From Terriglobia bacterium (GTDB taxonomy: Bacteria; Acidobacteriota; Polarisedimenticolia; Polarisedimenticolales; JAIQFR01): a DNA stretch of 64,000 nt. The stretch is from contig CAVVHE010000004.1 of the NCBI GenBank assembly GCA_963748015.1, positions 352,001 through 416,000 of the forward strand, written 5' to 3'. The notes below the pieces were generated by a model. The model ran no database searches, was not told the origin of the DNA, and saw nothing but the letters and a program-made list of their open reading frames with translations. This document shows, in pieces, positions 51,799 through 61,563 of the stretch. Position numbers and translations under genes: made by a program. Position 1 is the first letter of the stretch. Each line of letters begins with the position of its first letter.

Positions 51799-52290
51799 CT
51801 AGCGGCCGGTTCGCCTCTCGCCGCCCCGGGCAGTTCCCCCGTGCAGGAGACGGCCGAGGGCCACGTTCAGCGGATTGCTCCTCGCGAGGAACTGCACGGG
51901 AGGGAGGCGCCGCGTTCCCATCCGTTGGACCTCGCGCAGAATCCCCGCGTGCCTCGGCTCGAGCGCCAGCCCTTTCTGGAAGGTCGCGTATCCCTCGGCG
52001 CGCTCCCCGGCGTGCACCAGGAGACGCCCGAGGTTCCAGCACAGGTCGGGGTTGAAGAACTCGAGCGCGAGAGCGTCGCGGCAGAAGCGGATGCCCTCGG
52101 CGGGACGCTTTGCCTCGAGGCCGAGGCAAAGGCCGTAGAAGGAGAGGTAGCGCGCCTGGGGGCGTTCCACCCCGTGACGTCGCTCCATCACCACGGCCGC
52201 CTCGAAAAGCGCGAGCGCCTCGATCCCGCGCCCCTGCTGCAGCGCCGCGATCCCCTTGGCGAAACTCTCTTCGGCCGGACGAACCAGCAT
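51799..52290 (-). CDS. TPR-repeat protein of unknown function
   Basis: TPR-like helices 'YLSFYGLCL', 'NPDLCWNLGR', 'GLALEP'; conserved-looking tail 'FLARSNPLN'. Confidence 0.8.
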   Translation of the reverse strand: MLVRPAEESFAKGIAALQQGRGIEALALFEAAVVMERRHGVERPQARYLSFYGLCLGLEAKRPAEGIRFCRDALALEFFNPDLCWNLGRLLVHAGERAEGYATFQKGLALEPRHAGILREVQRMGTRRLPPVQFLARSNPLNVALGRLLHGGTARGGERRTGR

Positions 52291-52398
52291 GCCGTGCCCC
52301 CGCCCCCCGATGACGCGACGAGGGAAATGTCGGGCCCGAGGCCCCGCGGGTCCATGCCGATTTTGGTGAGAGCGGTAACGCGATCGTGATGCGGCGCG

Positions 52399-54315
52399 TC
52401 AGCCCTTGAGCCGGTCCACCAGCTCCTGGTTGATCTCGATCTTGTGCTTTTGCCGGACGCCGTCGAGGATCGACTGGAGCACGGCGGCGCGCCGCTGGGT
52501 GACGAGCTCGGAGCGGAGCTGGGCCTTCGCGCCGTCGAATCCGGCCGGATCGAACGCGTCGCGGCGGGTCACCACGTAGATCACCGCGCCGGCTGCCGCC
52601 TCGACGACCCCCTTGTCCCCGGCCTTGGTGGCAGGAGCGAACACGATCTTGTCCAGCTCCGGCACCCTGCCGGCTCCGGGCAGGCTCTGATCCGGCGCGT
52701 AGTCGGTGGACTTGCGGACTTCCTGCCCGAGGGCTTTCGCCGCCGCGGCGAGGTCCGGGTGGGCGGCGAACGCGCGGCGGGCCGCGGCCAGCGCCGCCTC
52801 CCTGGCGCGCGAATTGAGGAGGTCGCCTCTCACGCGGCCATCGACCTCCGCGAGCGGCGGCACCGTGGCCGGCACCGTGCCGAGCGAGGCGACGATCGCC
52901 ATGCCCCGCGCGATCGCGAGGGGCTGGCTCACGGCTCCCTCGGCGAGCTGGAACACGGCGTTCGTGAAATCGGGGGAAGCGGAGAGATCGGGGGGCAGCT
53001 CTCCGCGCGTGACCGCCTTCTCCTCGACCTTGAGTCCCTCTTTCGCGGCCGCGGCATCGAGGTCCTTCGCCGAAGCGATGGAGTCGCGGATCCGCTTGGC
53101 CTCCGATTGCGCGAGCTCCTGCGCGCGCCGCAGCCCGAGCTGGCGCCTTATCCCCTCGGCGACCTCGGACATCGGCGCCGTGCCGGCGGCCCGTGTTTCG
53201 GTCGGCTGGACGATGTGGAAGCCGAACTCCGACTCGACCACGTCCGAGAGCTGGCCGATCGGCGTCTCGAAGGCCGCCTTGTCGAACGCCGGGACCATCT
53301 GTCCTCGGCCGAAGAACCCGAGGTCTCCTCCCTTCTCGGCGGAGCTCGGGTCTTGCGAGAGCGTTGTCGCGAGGGCCGCGAAATCCTCTCCCTTCTTCAG
53401 GCGGGCCAGCGCCGCCTCCGCCTGCTGCCGTGCCTGCTGTTTCGCCGCCGGCGCCGCGTCGGCCTCGACGCGGAAGAGGATGTGCCGGGCGCGGCGCTGC
53501 TCGGGGCGGCTGTACTGCGCGAGGTTGCCGTCGTAGAAGCTCTTCACGTCGGCGTCGGTCACGGAGACCTTGGACAGCAGCGCCTGGCGCTCCAGCACGG
53601 CGTACCGGATCCGCCGTCCCTCGCCCCGCCGATAGGTCTCCTTGTGGGCGTCGTACCAGGACCGGACCTCGGCGTCCGACAGTTTGGAAGGAACGTCCTG
53701 CTTCGCGGTGGGGACCACCACGTAGTCGAGGGCCGCGCGATCGGCGCGCGCCCGGTAGGCGTCCAGGACCTCGGAATCGGACACCTGGACCGGCTCGGTG
53801 ACCAGGTCCTTCCATTTCGCGATGCTGATGTCCTCACCGACCTTCTGCTCGTACGCGGCCACACCGCCCGGCCACATCCGCTCCATCACGGAGGTGTACT
53901 GGCTCTTTCCGATGAACCGTCCGCTCGCATCCTGGAACTGCGGGTCCGAGAGGATCTGACGGGACACCTCGGACGCCGACGCCTCGAGCCCGAGCTTGCG
54001 CGACTCGGAGAGGAGGACCTGGTCGTCCACCAGCTGTTGGACCACCTGCCGGCCCAGCTGGAGCTGCCCCTTGATCTGTTCGTATTGCGCGCCGAACATC
54101 TTGCGGTAGTACTCGTCCGCGCGGCGCGCGACGTCGAGGAACTGGCGGGTGGTGATCGTGGTGCCGTCCACCTTCGCCGCCCAGTCCGCGTTCACGCCGC
54201 CGGCCTGACGCGAGTCGCTCGTGAAGTAGACCCCGAGGTAGAGCACCATGGATATCGCGACGATCCACAGGACCCACTTCAGGTGCTTGAGATTCTCCCG
54301 CATGACGTTGAGCAT
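52399..54315 (-). CDS. ppiD: PpiD/SurA-type membrane-anchored peptidyl-prolyl isomerase
   Basis: N-terminal TM, SurA_N region, parvulin 'RARHIL...SQDPSSAEKGGDLG.F.RGQMV..F...SEFGFHI'. Confidence 0.92.
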   Translation of the reverse strand: MLNVMRENLKHLKWVLWIVAISMVLYLGVYFTSDSRQAGGVNADWAAKVDGTTITTRQFLDVARRADEYYRKMFGAQYEQIKGQLQLGRQVVQQLVDDQVLLSESRKLGLEASASEVSRQILSDPQFQDASGRFIGKSQYTSVMERMWPGGVAAYEQKVGEDISIAKWKDLVTEPVQVSDSEVLDAYRARADRAALDYVVVPTAKQDVPSKLSDAEVRSWYDAHKETYRRGEGRRIRYAVLERQALLSKVSVTDADVKSFYDGNLAQYSRPEQRRARHILFRVEADAAPAAKQQARQQAEAALARLKKGEDFAALATTLSQDPSSAEKGGDLGFFGRGQMVPAFDKAAFETPIGQLSDVVESEFGFHIVQPTETRAAGTAPMSEVAEGIRRQLGLRRAQELAQSEAKRIRDSIASAKDLDAAAAKEGLKVEEKAVTRGELPPDLSASPDFTNAVFQLAEGAVSQPLAIARGMAIVASLGTVPATVPPLAEVDGRVRGDLLNSRAREAALAAARRAFAAHPDLAAAAKALGQEVRKSTDYAPDQSLPGAGRVPELDKIVFAPATKAGDKGVVEAAAGAVIYVVTRRDAFDPAGFDGAKAQLRSELVTQRRAAVLQSILDGVRQKHKIEINQELVDRLKG

Positions 54316-54486
54316 CGGCTGCGCTCCATTTCTTATGGGCCAAACTCACGAAGTCTAGCGCAGCCATGAGGATGCGGCAAGGCACCGGAACGGTCGGACC
54401 CGATTTTGAGGTGGCCTCCACCGCTCCCGCGTGTTAGATTCCGCTCGGGCGAAGAGCCCTTTCGTCCTGGAGGCGGGTCAGCCGTA

Positions 54487-55944
54487 ATGACCGCACAGCG
54501 GCAAAAGTCGAGAGTCGTTCTCGATTGGTTCACCGTCACCTACCGGAGCCTGTGGCTGGCCGTCGCGGCGGTCGTCGCGGTGGCCGTCGTGGGCATCGGG
54601 GTGTACTGGTTCTTCTTTGCCGGCGCCGGGCCGAGGTCCGAGGCGGAGGAGGCCATCGGCCGGGCTTCCGCAAGGCTCTCCGAGGCTTCGACCTACCAGG
54701 GAGACGAGCGGCTCGACGAGGTGCGGGCGAGTGCCAAGGCCGCGCTCGACGAGGCACGCTCGGAGCTCGACTCGAGGCGCTGGGACACCGCCCGCGTCGC
54801 CGCGATCCGCTCCGAGAACCTTTCGCAGAAGGCCATCGACATGGCTCGCGGCCAGGGTCTCGTCTCGCAGGAGGTTCGGTTCTACCGGATCGAAGGGGAC
54901 GTCCGGGTCAAGAGGGCGGGGGAGTTCGCCTGGGAGTCCGCGGAAAGGAAGATGGTGCTGCACCTTGGCGACCAGGTGAAGACCTCCGCGTCGGCGTCGG
55001 TCCAGCTCATCTACTTCGACGGCACCGTCACGACGGTCCAGCCGGGCTCCCTTCTCGAGATACGGGACCTGTCCGAGGATCCCGCCACGAAGGTCCGCAA
55101 GGTGACGGAGAAGCTGAACTGGGGCGAGCTGAGCGCCTCGACCCAGAAGCGGAACGTCGAAGGGTCGTTCCACGAGGTGGCGACCGACGCGGCGTCGGCG
55201 CGAACGAGCGACGCGGGAGAGTTCCGGATCGCGTTCGACAAGGAGTCCAAGAAGGCGACGTTCGACGCGTTCTCGGGAAGGGTCGAGGTGGCGGGACCCG
55301 CCAGGAGGGAAGTCCTTGACGCCGGGCAGCGTCTCGAGGCGTCGGTGGGCGGCGGGCTATCGGCGAAGGAAGTGCTTCCCGGGATCCCCAGGCTCGTGGC
55401 TCCGTCGGACCAGCGCGTCTTCGTCTACGACGATCCGGCCAAGGCCACGACCACGCTGAGCTGGGAGCGGATTCCCGGGGCGGCGCGTTACCATCTGATG
55501 ATCTCCGACAAGGTGCTCTTCACCCGGATGCTCTACGACGCGGACCGCGACGACACCTCGGTGGTCATCGACGGGATCGCCCAGGGCTCCTACTACTGGA
55601 AGGTGGCGGCGATCTCGGCCTCGGGGGTCCGCGGACCGTTCGGCGAGCCGCGGCACTTCCGCGTGACCAGCGAGCGGATCCGGGATCGCGACGACGCGAC
55701 GCCCCCGAAGCTCGAGATCACCGAGTTCGTCCAGACCGGCCCCATGCTGATCCTGAACGGCAAGACGGAGCCGGGGGCCCTGCTCTGGATCGACAGCGAG
55801 AAGGTGGACGTCTACGAGGACGGCTCGTTCTACGCCGTGATCCGCCTGCGCAAGGAAGGGGTGAACGAGCTCCGCCTCCTCGCGCAGGACGCGGCGGGGA
55901 ACGAGGCACGGCTGACCCACCGGGCCTACGTGGAATCGTACTGA
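54487..55944 (+). CDS. Membrane-anchored FecR-domain protein with FN3/Ig-like C-terminal domains
   Basis: TM, helical linker, FecR-like 'LHLGDQVKT..SASVQLIYFDGT', FN3-like 'LSW..IPGAARY...GSYYWKV'. Confidence 0.75.
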   Translation: MTAQRQKSRVVLDWFTVTYRSLWLAVAAVVAVAVVGIGVYWFFFAGAGPRSEAEEAIGRASARLSEASTYQGDERLDEVRASAKAALDEARSELDSRRWDTARVAAIRSENLSQKAIDMARGQGLVSQEVRFYRIEGDVRVKRAGEFAWESAERKMVLHLGDQVKTSASASVQLIYFDGTVTTVQPGSLLEIRDLSEDPATKVRKVTEKLNWGELSASTQKRNVEGSFHEVATDAASARTSDAGEFRIAFDKESKKATFDAFSGRVEVAGPARREVLDAGQRLEASVGGGLSAKEVLPGIPRLVAPSDQRVFVYDDPAKATTTLSWERIPGAARYHLMISDKVLFTRMLYDADRDDTSVVIDGIAQGSYYWKVAAISASGVRGPFGEPRHFRVTSERIRDRDDATPPKLEITEFVQTGPMLILNGKTEPGALLWIDSEKVDVYEDGSFYAVIRLRKEGVNELRLLAQDAAGNEARLTHRAYVESY

Positions 55945-57117
<1,173 letters not shown>

Positions 57118-57118
57118 G

Positions 57119-57180
57119 CCCAAGGAGTCCGTCCGAGTCATCCCGCGGACCCACGGGACGACTCGGACGGGCTCCTTGGG
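57119..57180. repeat. REP-like hairpin, copy 2 of a two-copy family
   Basis: CCCAAGGAGTCCGTCCGAGTCATCCCG-cggaccca-CGGGACGACTCGGACGGGCTCCTTGGG; homologous to 39291-39347. Confidence 0.85.
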
Positions 57181-57204
57181 GCGGCCGCGGGGACGAGGAG
57201 TGAC

Positions 57205-58062
57205 ATGCGCGGTCCGGCGCGCACGCGGACGAATCTGCTGCTGCTCGCGGTGCTCCTGTTCGGCCAGCTCCTCCTGATGTCGGGGAGCGCGAGGGACGAC
57301 GCGGGGGCGAGCGTGCTCGAGAACGGTCTCGCGCGGGTGAGCCGGCCCGTGGCCGGGGCGACTCGCGCCGTGTCCGGCGGGCTGGCCGGCTTCTTCGGGT
57401 TCTGGCGGGAGCTCCGCACCGCGCGCGACGAGAACGTCAGGCTCAAGGCGGAGATCGGTCGCGTCCGCGGCGAGCTCGAGAGGTTCAGGGAGCAATCCCT
57501 CGAGAACCAGCGGCTGAGACGGCTGTTGGGGATGCGCGAGGACCTCGCGCCGCGCTCGATCGCGGCCTCGGTGGTGACGACGCAGTTGACCGCGCAGACC
57601 CGGATGGCGGTGCTCGACCGCGGGACGGAGGCGGGGGTCGCGTCCGACCAGGCGGTCGTCGCGTGGGGCGGGGCGGTCGGGCGCGTCGTGCTCGCCGACA
57701 AGGGCTTCGCGAAGATGCGGCTGCTCACCGACCCCAACAGCGGCGTGGCGGGCCTGATCCAGCGGAGCCGGGCCGAGGGCATGGTCCTCGGCCGGGGTGA
57801 CGGGTCCCTCGAGATGCTCTACGTGCCGAAATACGCCGACGTCGTGGTCGGGGATCGCGTGGTGACGTCGGGACTCGACGGGGTCTTCCCGCGGGGCTTC
57901 GGCGTCGGGCGCGTGACGCTGGTGGCGGACCTCGCGGGAGTCACCAAGTCGATCCGCGTCGAGCCGGAGGTGGACTTCCGGTCGCTCGAGGAGGTGCTCG
58001 TGCTGCTGCGGCCGATCGCCGGCGCGGTCCTCGCGCCGCCCGAAGGGGAGCGTGCGCGGTGA
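57205..58062 (+). CDS. mreC: Rod shape-determining protein MreC
   Basis: 'ENQRLRRLLG', 'DRG..AGV', 'GDRVVTSGLDGVFPRG'. Confidence 0.95.
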   Translation: MRGPARTRTNLLLLAVLLFGQLLLMSGSARDDAGASVLENGLARVSRPVAGATRAVSGGLAGFFGFWRELRTARDENVRLKAEIGRVRGELERFREQSLENQRLRRLLGMREDLAPRSIAASVVTTQLTAQTRMAVLDRGTEAGVASDQAVVAWGGAVGRVVLADKGFAKMRLLTDPNSGVAGLIQRSRAEGMVLGRGDGSLEMLYVPKYADVVVGDRVVTSGLDGVFPRGFGVGRVTLVADLAGVTKSIRVEPEVDFRSLEEVLVLLRPIAGAVLAPPEGERAR

Positions 58063-58556
58063 CGCTGCTCCGCGCCGCCCTCGCTCTCGCCCTCGGCCTC
58101 GCCGTCGAGATCGCCCTCGGACGGTGGGCGCCGTCGACGCGAGCCTACGTGGACGTCCTGATGGCGGCGGTGGCGTGGTACGGCATCGCCAGGTCCCAGC
58201 GGTCGGCGATGCTGATGGGGTGCGCCGCGGGCCTCCTCCAGGACGCGTGGTTCGAAACGGGAGTCTTCGGGATCAACGGCTTCGTGAAGACGCTGCTCGG
58301 CTGGGCCCTGGGGGGGCTCGGCGCGCGGTTCGACCTCAACCAGGCCGCGGGGAGGCTGGCGTCGGGGGCCGTGCTTTCCGTGGCCGGCCGGGTCCTCGAA
58401 GCCGGGATCCTGAGGCTGCTCGACCGGGCCTCGGGCCCCTTGGAACCGGTCGGGCTCCTGATACGAGCGGTGACAGGCGGGTTGCTCGTCGTCGTGGTCT
58501 TTGCCATCTTGAATCGAGTGAGGGGCAAAGCGGCGCTGCAGCGCAGGGCCGGCTGA
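58059..58556 (+). CDS. mreD: Rod shape-determining protein MreD
   Basis: Hydrophobic, 'GLLQD', positioned between mreC and mrdA. Confidence 0.88.
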   Translation: MTLLRAALALALGLAVEIALGRWAPSTRAYVDVLMAAVAWYGIARSQRSAMLMGCAAGLLQDAWFETGVFGINGFVKTLLGWALGGLGARFDLNQAAGRLASGAVLSVAGRVLEAGILRLLDRASGPLEPVGLLIRAVTGGLLVVVVFAILNRVRGKAALQRRAG

Positions 58557-58560
58557 GCGG

Positions 58561-60441
58561 ATGGACTACAGGGACCGATGGGAGCACAAGGAGTACCTCC
58601 TCGAGCGGAGGCTTGCCCGCCGGGTGACGCTGTACCACGTCGCGATCATCCTCCTGATCGTCTCGTACCTGCTGACGTTCTGGTACCTCCAGGTGATCCG
58701 CGGCGCGGAGTACGCGCAGCTCGCGGAGAACAACCGGCTGCGGCGGATCCCGATGCCGCCGACCCGTGGCGTGATCTTCGACCGCCACAGCGAGGTCGTG
58801 GCGTCCACCCGCCCGTCGCTCAACCTCGTGCTCCGCCGCGAGGGGCTGAAGGACGCGGAGGGGCAGCTCCACCGCCTCGAGGCGGTGCTCGGCGTGCCGT
58901 ACGCCGAGCTGCACGCGGCGCTCCGGGACATGAGCGCGCGCCCCACGTTCGAGCCTCTCGTGGTGAAGGAGGACGTCGGGCTGGCCGATCTCGCGAAGAT
59001 CGAGGCGCGCCGGGAGTGGTTCCCGTCGGTGGAGGTCGAGCAGACGGCGCGGCGCGACTACCCCGATCGCCAATCGGTGGCCCACGCGGTGGGGTACGTG
59101 GGCGAGGTCAGCGAGAGCCAACTACTCAACCAGCCTGCCGAGGGGACGCTCGAGCTCGGGGACACCGTGGGGAAGTCGGGCGTCGAGAGGGCCTACGACG
59201 ACGTTCTTCGCGGGCGCCGCGGCTGGAAGCTCGTCACCGTCAACAGCCTCGGGCGGCAGCTCGGCGAGGCCCAGAACGGGAGGGCGCCCGAGGACGGCCG
59301 CCAGCTCCGCGTGACGCTGGATCTCAAGCTGCAGCGGGCGCTGATGGACGCGTTCGGCGAGGAGGTCGGCGCCGGGGTCTTCATGGACCCGTGGACCGGC
59401 GACGTGCTCGCCCTCGCGTCGTCCCCCGCCTACGACCCGAACGTCTTCGCCTCCCACGTCTCGCCGGGAATCTGGCAATCCCTGGTCCACGACCCGCTTC
59501 GGCCGCTGCAGGACCGGGCCATCGGCAGCTTCTACGCCCCCGGCTCGACCTTCAAGGTGCTGATGTCCGTCGCCGGCCTCGAGTCGGGAGTCATCTCTCC
59601 CTCGACGGTTCTCCACTGCGGCGGATCCATCAACATGTACGGCCGCCCGTTCCTCTGCTGGAAGAAGGGGGGCCACGGCGCCGTGGACGTCCACCGCGCG
59701 CTGGTGCAATCCTGCAACGTCTTCTTCTACCAGGTCGGCCGGATGGCCGGGATCGAGACGATCGCGCGGTACGCCGATCTGTTCAACATCGGGAGGCCGA
59801 CCGGGATCGATCTGCCGGGGGAGGCCGCCGGCGTGCTGCCTTCGCCGGAGTGGAAGATGCGGACGCGCGGCGAGCCCTGGTACGCGGGGGAGACGATCTC
59901 GGTCTCGATCGGGCAGGGAATCCTCGGCGCGACCCCCGTCCAGATGGCGGTACTCATGGCGGGGGTTTCGACCGGCAGCCTCCCGCGCCCGCACCTCGTC
60001 CGGTCCGACCGCGCCCCGGAGTCGAAGCCCCTACCCATCTCGCCGGGGACGCTCGCGATCGTCCGGAGCGCGCTCCAGGACGTCGTGGAGGAGGGGACCG
60101 GCAAGAAGGCGTCGCTCGGCGTCATCTCCGTCGCCGGGAAGACCGGCACCGCGCAGGTCTTCAAGAAATCGGCCGGGATCGACGCGGACAAGCTGCCGAA
60201 GGACGAGCGGGACCACGCCTGGTTCGTCGGCTACGCGCCGGCGGACCGTCCCGAGATCGCCTTCGCCGTGGTCGTGGAGCACGGCGGGCACGGGGGAACC
60301 ACCGCGGCCCCCATCGTCAAGAAGGTCCTGGAGACGTTCTTCGCCGACCGTCTCCCTCCGAAGCCGTCCCCGGGGGCGCTCCAGGCGGGCCTCGCGCGGC
60401 GAGCAGAGGACAAGCGTGATCCCGCGCCGCTTCCTCGATAG
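58561..60441 (+). CDS. mrdA: Penicillin-binding protein 2
   Basis: 'RGVIFDR', SxxK 'PGSTFK', SxN 'SCN', 'KTGTAQ'. Confidence 0.96.
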   Translation: MDYRDRWEHKEYLLERRLARRVTLYHVAIILLIVSYLLTFWYLQVIRGAEYAQLAENNRLRRIPMPPTRGVIFDRHSEVVASTRPSLNLVLRREGLKDAEGQLHRLEAVLGVPYAELHAALRDMSARPTFEPLVVKEDVGLADLAKIEARREWFPSVEVEQTARRDYPDRQSVAHAVGYVGEVSESQLLNQPAEGTLELGDTVGKSGVERAYDDVLRGRRGWKLVTVNSLGRQLGEAQNGRAPEDGRQLRVTLDLKLQRALMDAFGEEVGAGVFMDPWTGDVLALASSPAYDPNVFASHVSPGIWQSLVHDPLRPLQDRAIGSFYAPGSTFKVLMSVAGLESGVISPSTVLHCGGSINMYGRPFLCWKKGGHGAVDVHRALVQSCNVFFYQVGRMAGIETIARYADLFNIGRPTGIDLPGEAAGVLPSPEWKMRTRGEPWYAGETISVSIGQGILGATPVQMAVLMAGVSTGSLPRPHLVRSDRAPESKPLPISPGTLAIVRSALQDVVEEGTGKKASLGVISVAGKTGTAQVFKKSAGIDADKLPKDERDHAWFVGYAPADRPEIAFAVVVEHGGHGGTTAAPIVKKVLETFFADRLPPKPSPGALQAGLARRAEDKRDPAPLPR

Positions 60442-61507
60442 CCTCGACTTCCCGACGATGCTGATCGCGCTGTCGCTCGGGGGCCTCGGCGTCGTCGCGA
60501 TTGCCTCGGCCACGCTGGGGCAGCCGGGCCGTCTCGGACTCTGGCGGGTCCAGCTGCTCTGGCTCGCGATCGGGCTCGTCGCGGCGCTGATCGTGGTCGG
60601 GATCGACTATCACGTCTGGGCGGAGTTCTCCCTGGTTCTCCACGGCGTGGTCGCCGTGTTCCTGGTGGCCGTGCTCTTCGTAGGACGCGAGGTGGCGGGG
60701 AACCGCTCCTGGCTCGTGATCGGCCCGCTGACCTTCCAGCCGTCCGAGCTCGCCAAGTGGACGACCTGTCTCGTTCTCGCCGCGTACCTCTCGGAACGGG
60801 TTCACGGGAGCATGGGATTGCGCCAGATCCTGGAGATGGGCGCGATCGTGGGGATTCCCGTGGGCCTCGTGGCCGCGCAGCCCGACACGGGCACGGCGCT
60901 GACGTTCATCCCGATCTACCTCGCCGCGCTGTTGCTCGGCGGCTTGAGGTGGAAGGTGATCATCGGCGTGCTGCTGCTAGCCGCGCTGCTGGCGCCGATG
61001 GGGTGGGGCCACCTCAAGGAGTACCAGAAGGATCGCATCCGCAACGTGCTGGATCCCGAGCGCGATCCTTCCGGCATCGGGTACCAGACGCGGCAATCCA
61101 AGATCGCGATCGGATCGGGCAGGTTCCCGGGGAAGGGGCTGTTCCGGGGAACCCAGAGCCACCTCAACTTCCTCCCGGCGCAGCACACCGACTTCATCCT
61201 GGCGGTCGTCTCCGAGGAGCTCGGGTTCGCCGGCGCGGCCGCGGTCCTCGTCCTGTTCTACTCCCTCGTCTTCCGCGGGATCCTCGCGGCCCGCTCGGCG
61301 CAGGACCGCCTCGGGAGCTATCTCAGCCTCCTCGTCGTGTCGTGGATCGTGGGACAGATGGCGATCAACGTCGGAATGGTCCTGGGGCTGCTTCCCACGA
61401 TCGGCGTTCCGCTTCCACTGATGTCCTACGGCGGAACTGCGCTCGTCGCGGTTCTCGCGGGCGTGGGGCTGATCGTCAACGTGAGAACGCGACGCTTCGT
61501 GAACTGA
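60416..61507 (+). CDS. rodA: SEDS glycosyltransferase RodA
   Basis: 'FQPSELAK', 'QPDTGT', 'HTDFI', 'GVPLPLMSYGG'. Confidence 0.96.
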   Translation: MIPRRFLDSLDFPTMLIALSLGGLGVVAIASATLGQPGRLGLWRVQLLWLAIGLVAALIVVGIDYHVWAEFSLVLHGVVAVFLVAVLFVGREVAGNRSWLVIGPLTFQPSELAKWTTCLVLAAYLSERVHGSMGLRQILEMGAIVGIPVGLVAAQPDTGTALTFIPIYLAALLLGGLRWKVIIGVLLLAALLAPMGWGHLKEYQKDRIRNVLDPERDPSGIGYQTRQSKIAIGSGRFPGKGLFRGTQSHLNFLPAQHTDFILAVVSEELGFAGAAAVLVLFYSLVFRGILAARSAQDRLGSYLSLLVVSWIVGQMAINVGMVLGLLPTIGVPLPLMSYGGTALVAVLAGVGLIVNVRTRRFVN

Positions 61508-61563
61508 GCCGCCCTCCCCGATCTGTTACCATTGCTTCCGGAAGGGAACTCGCGGAGCACCCG

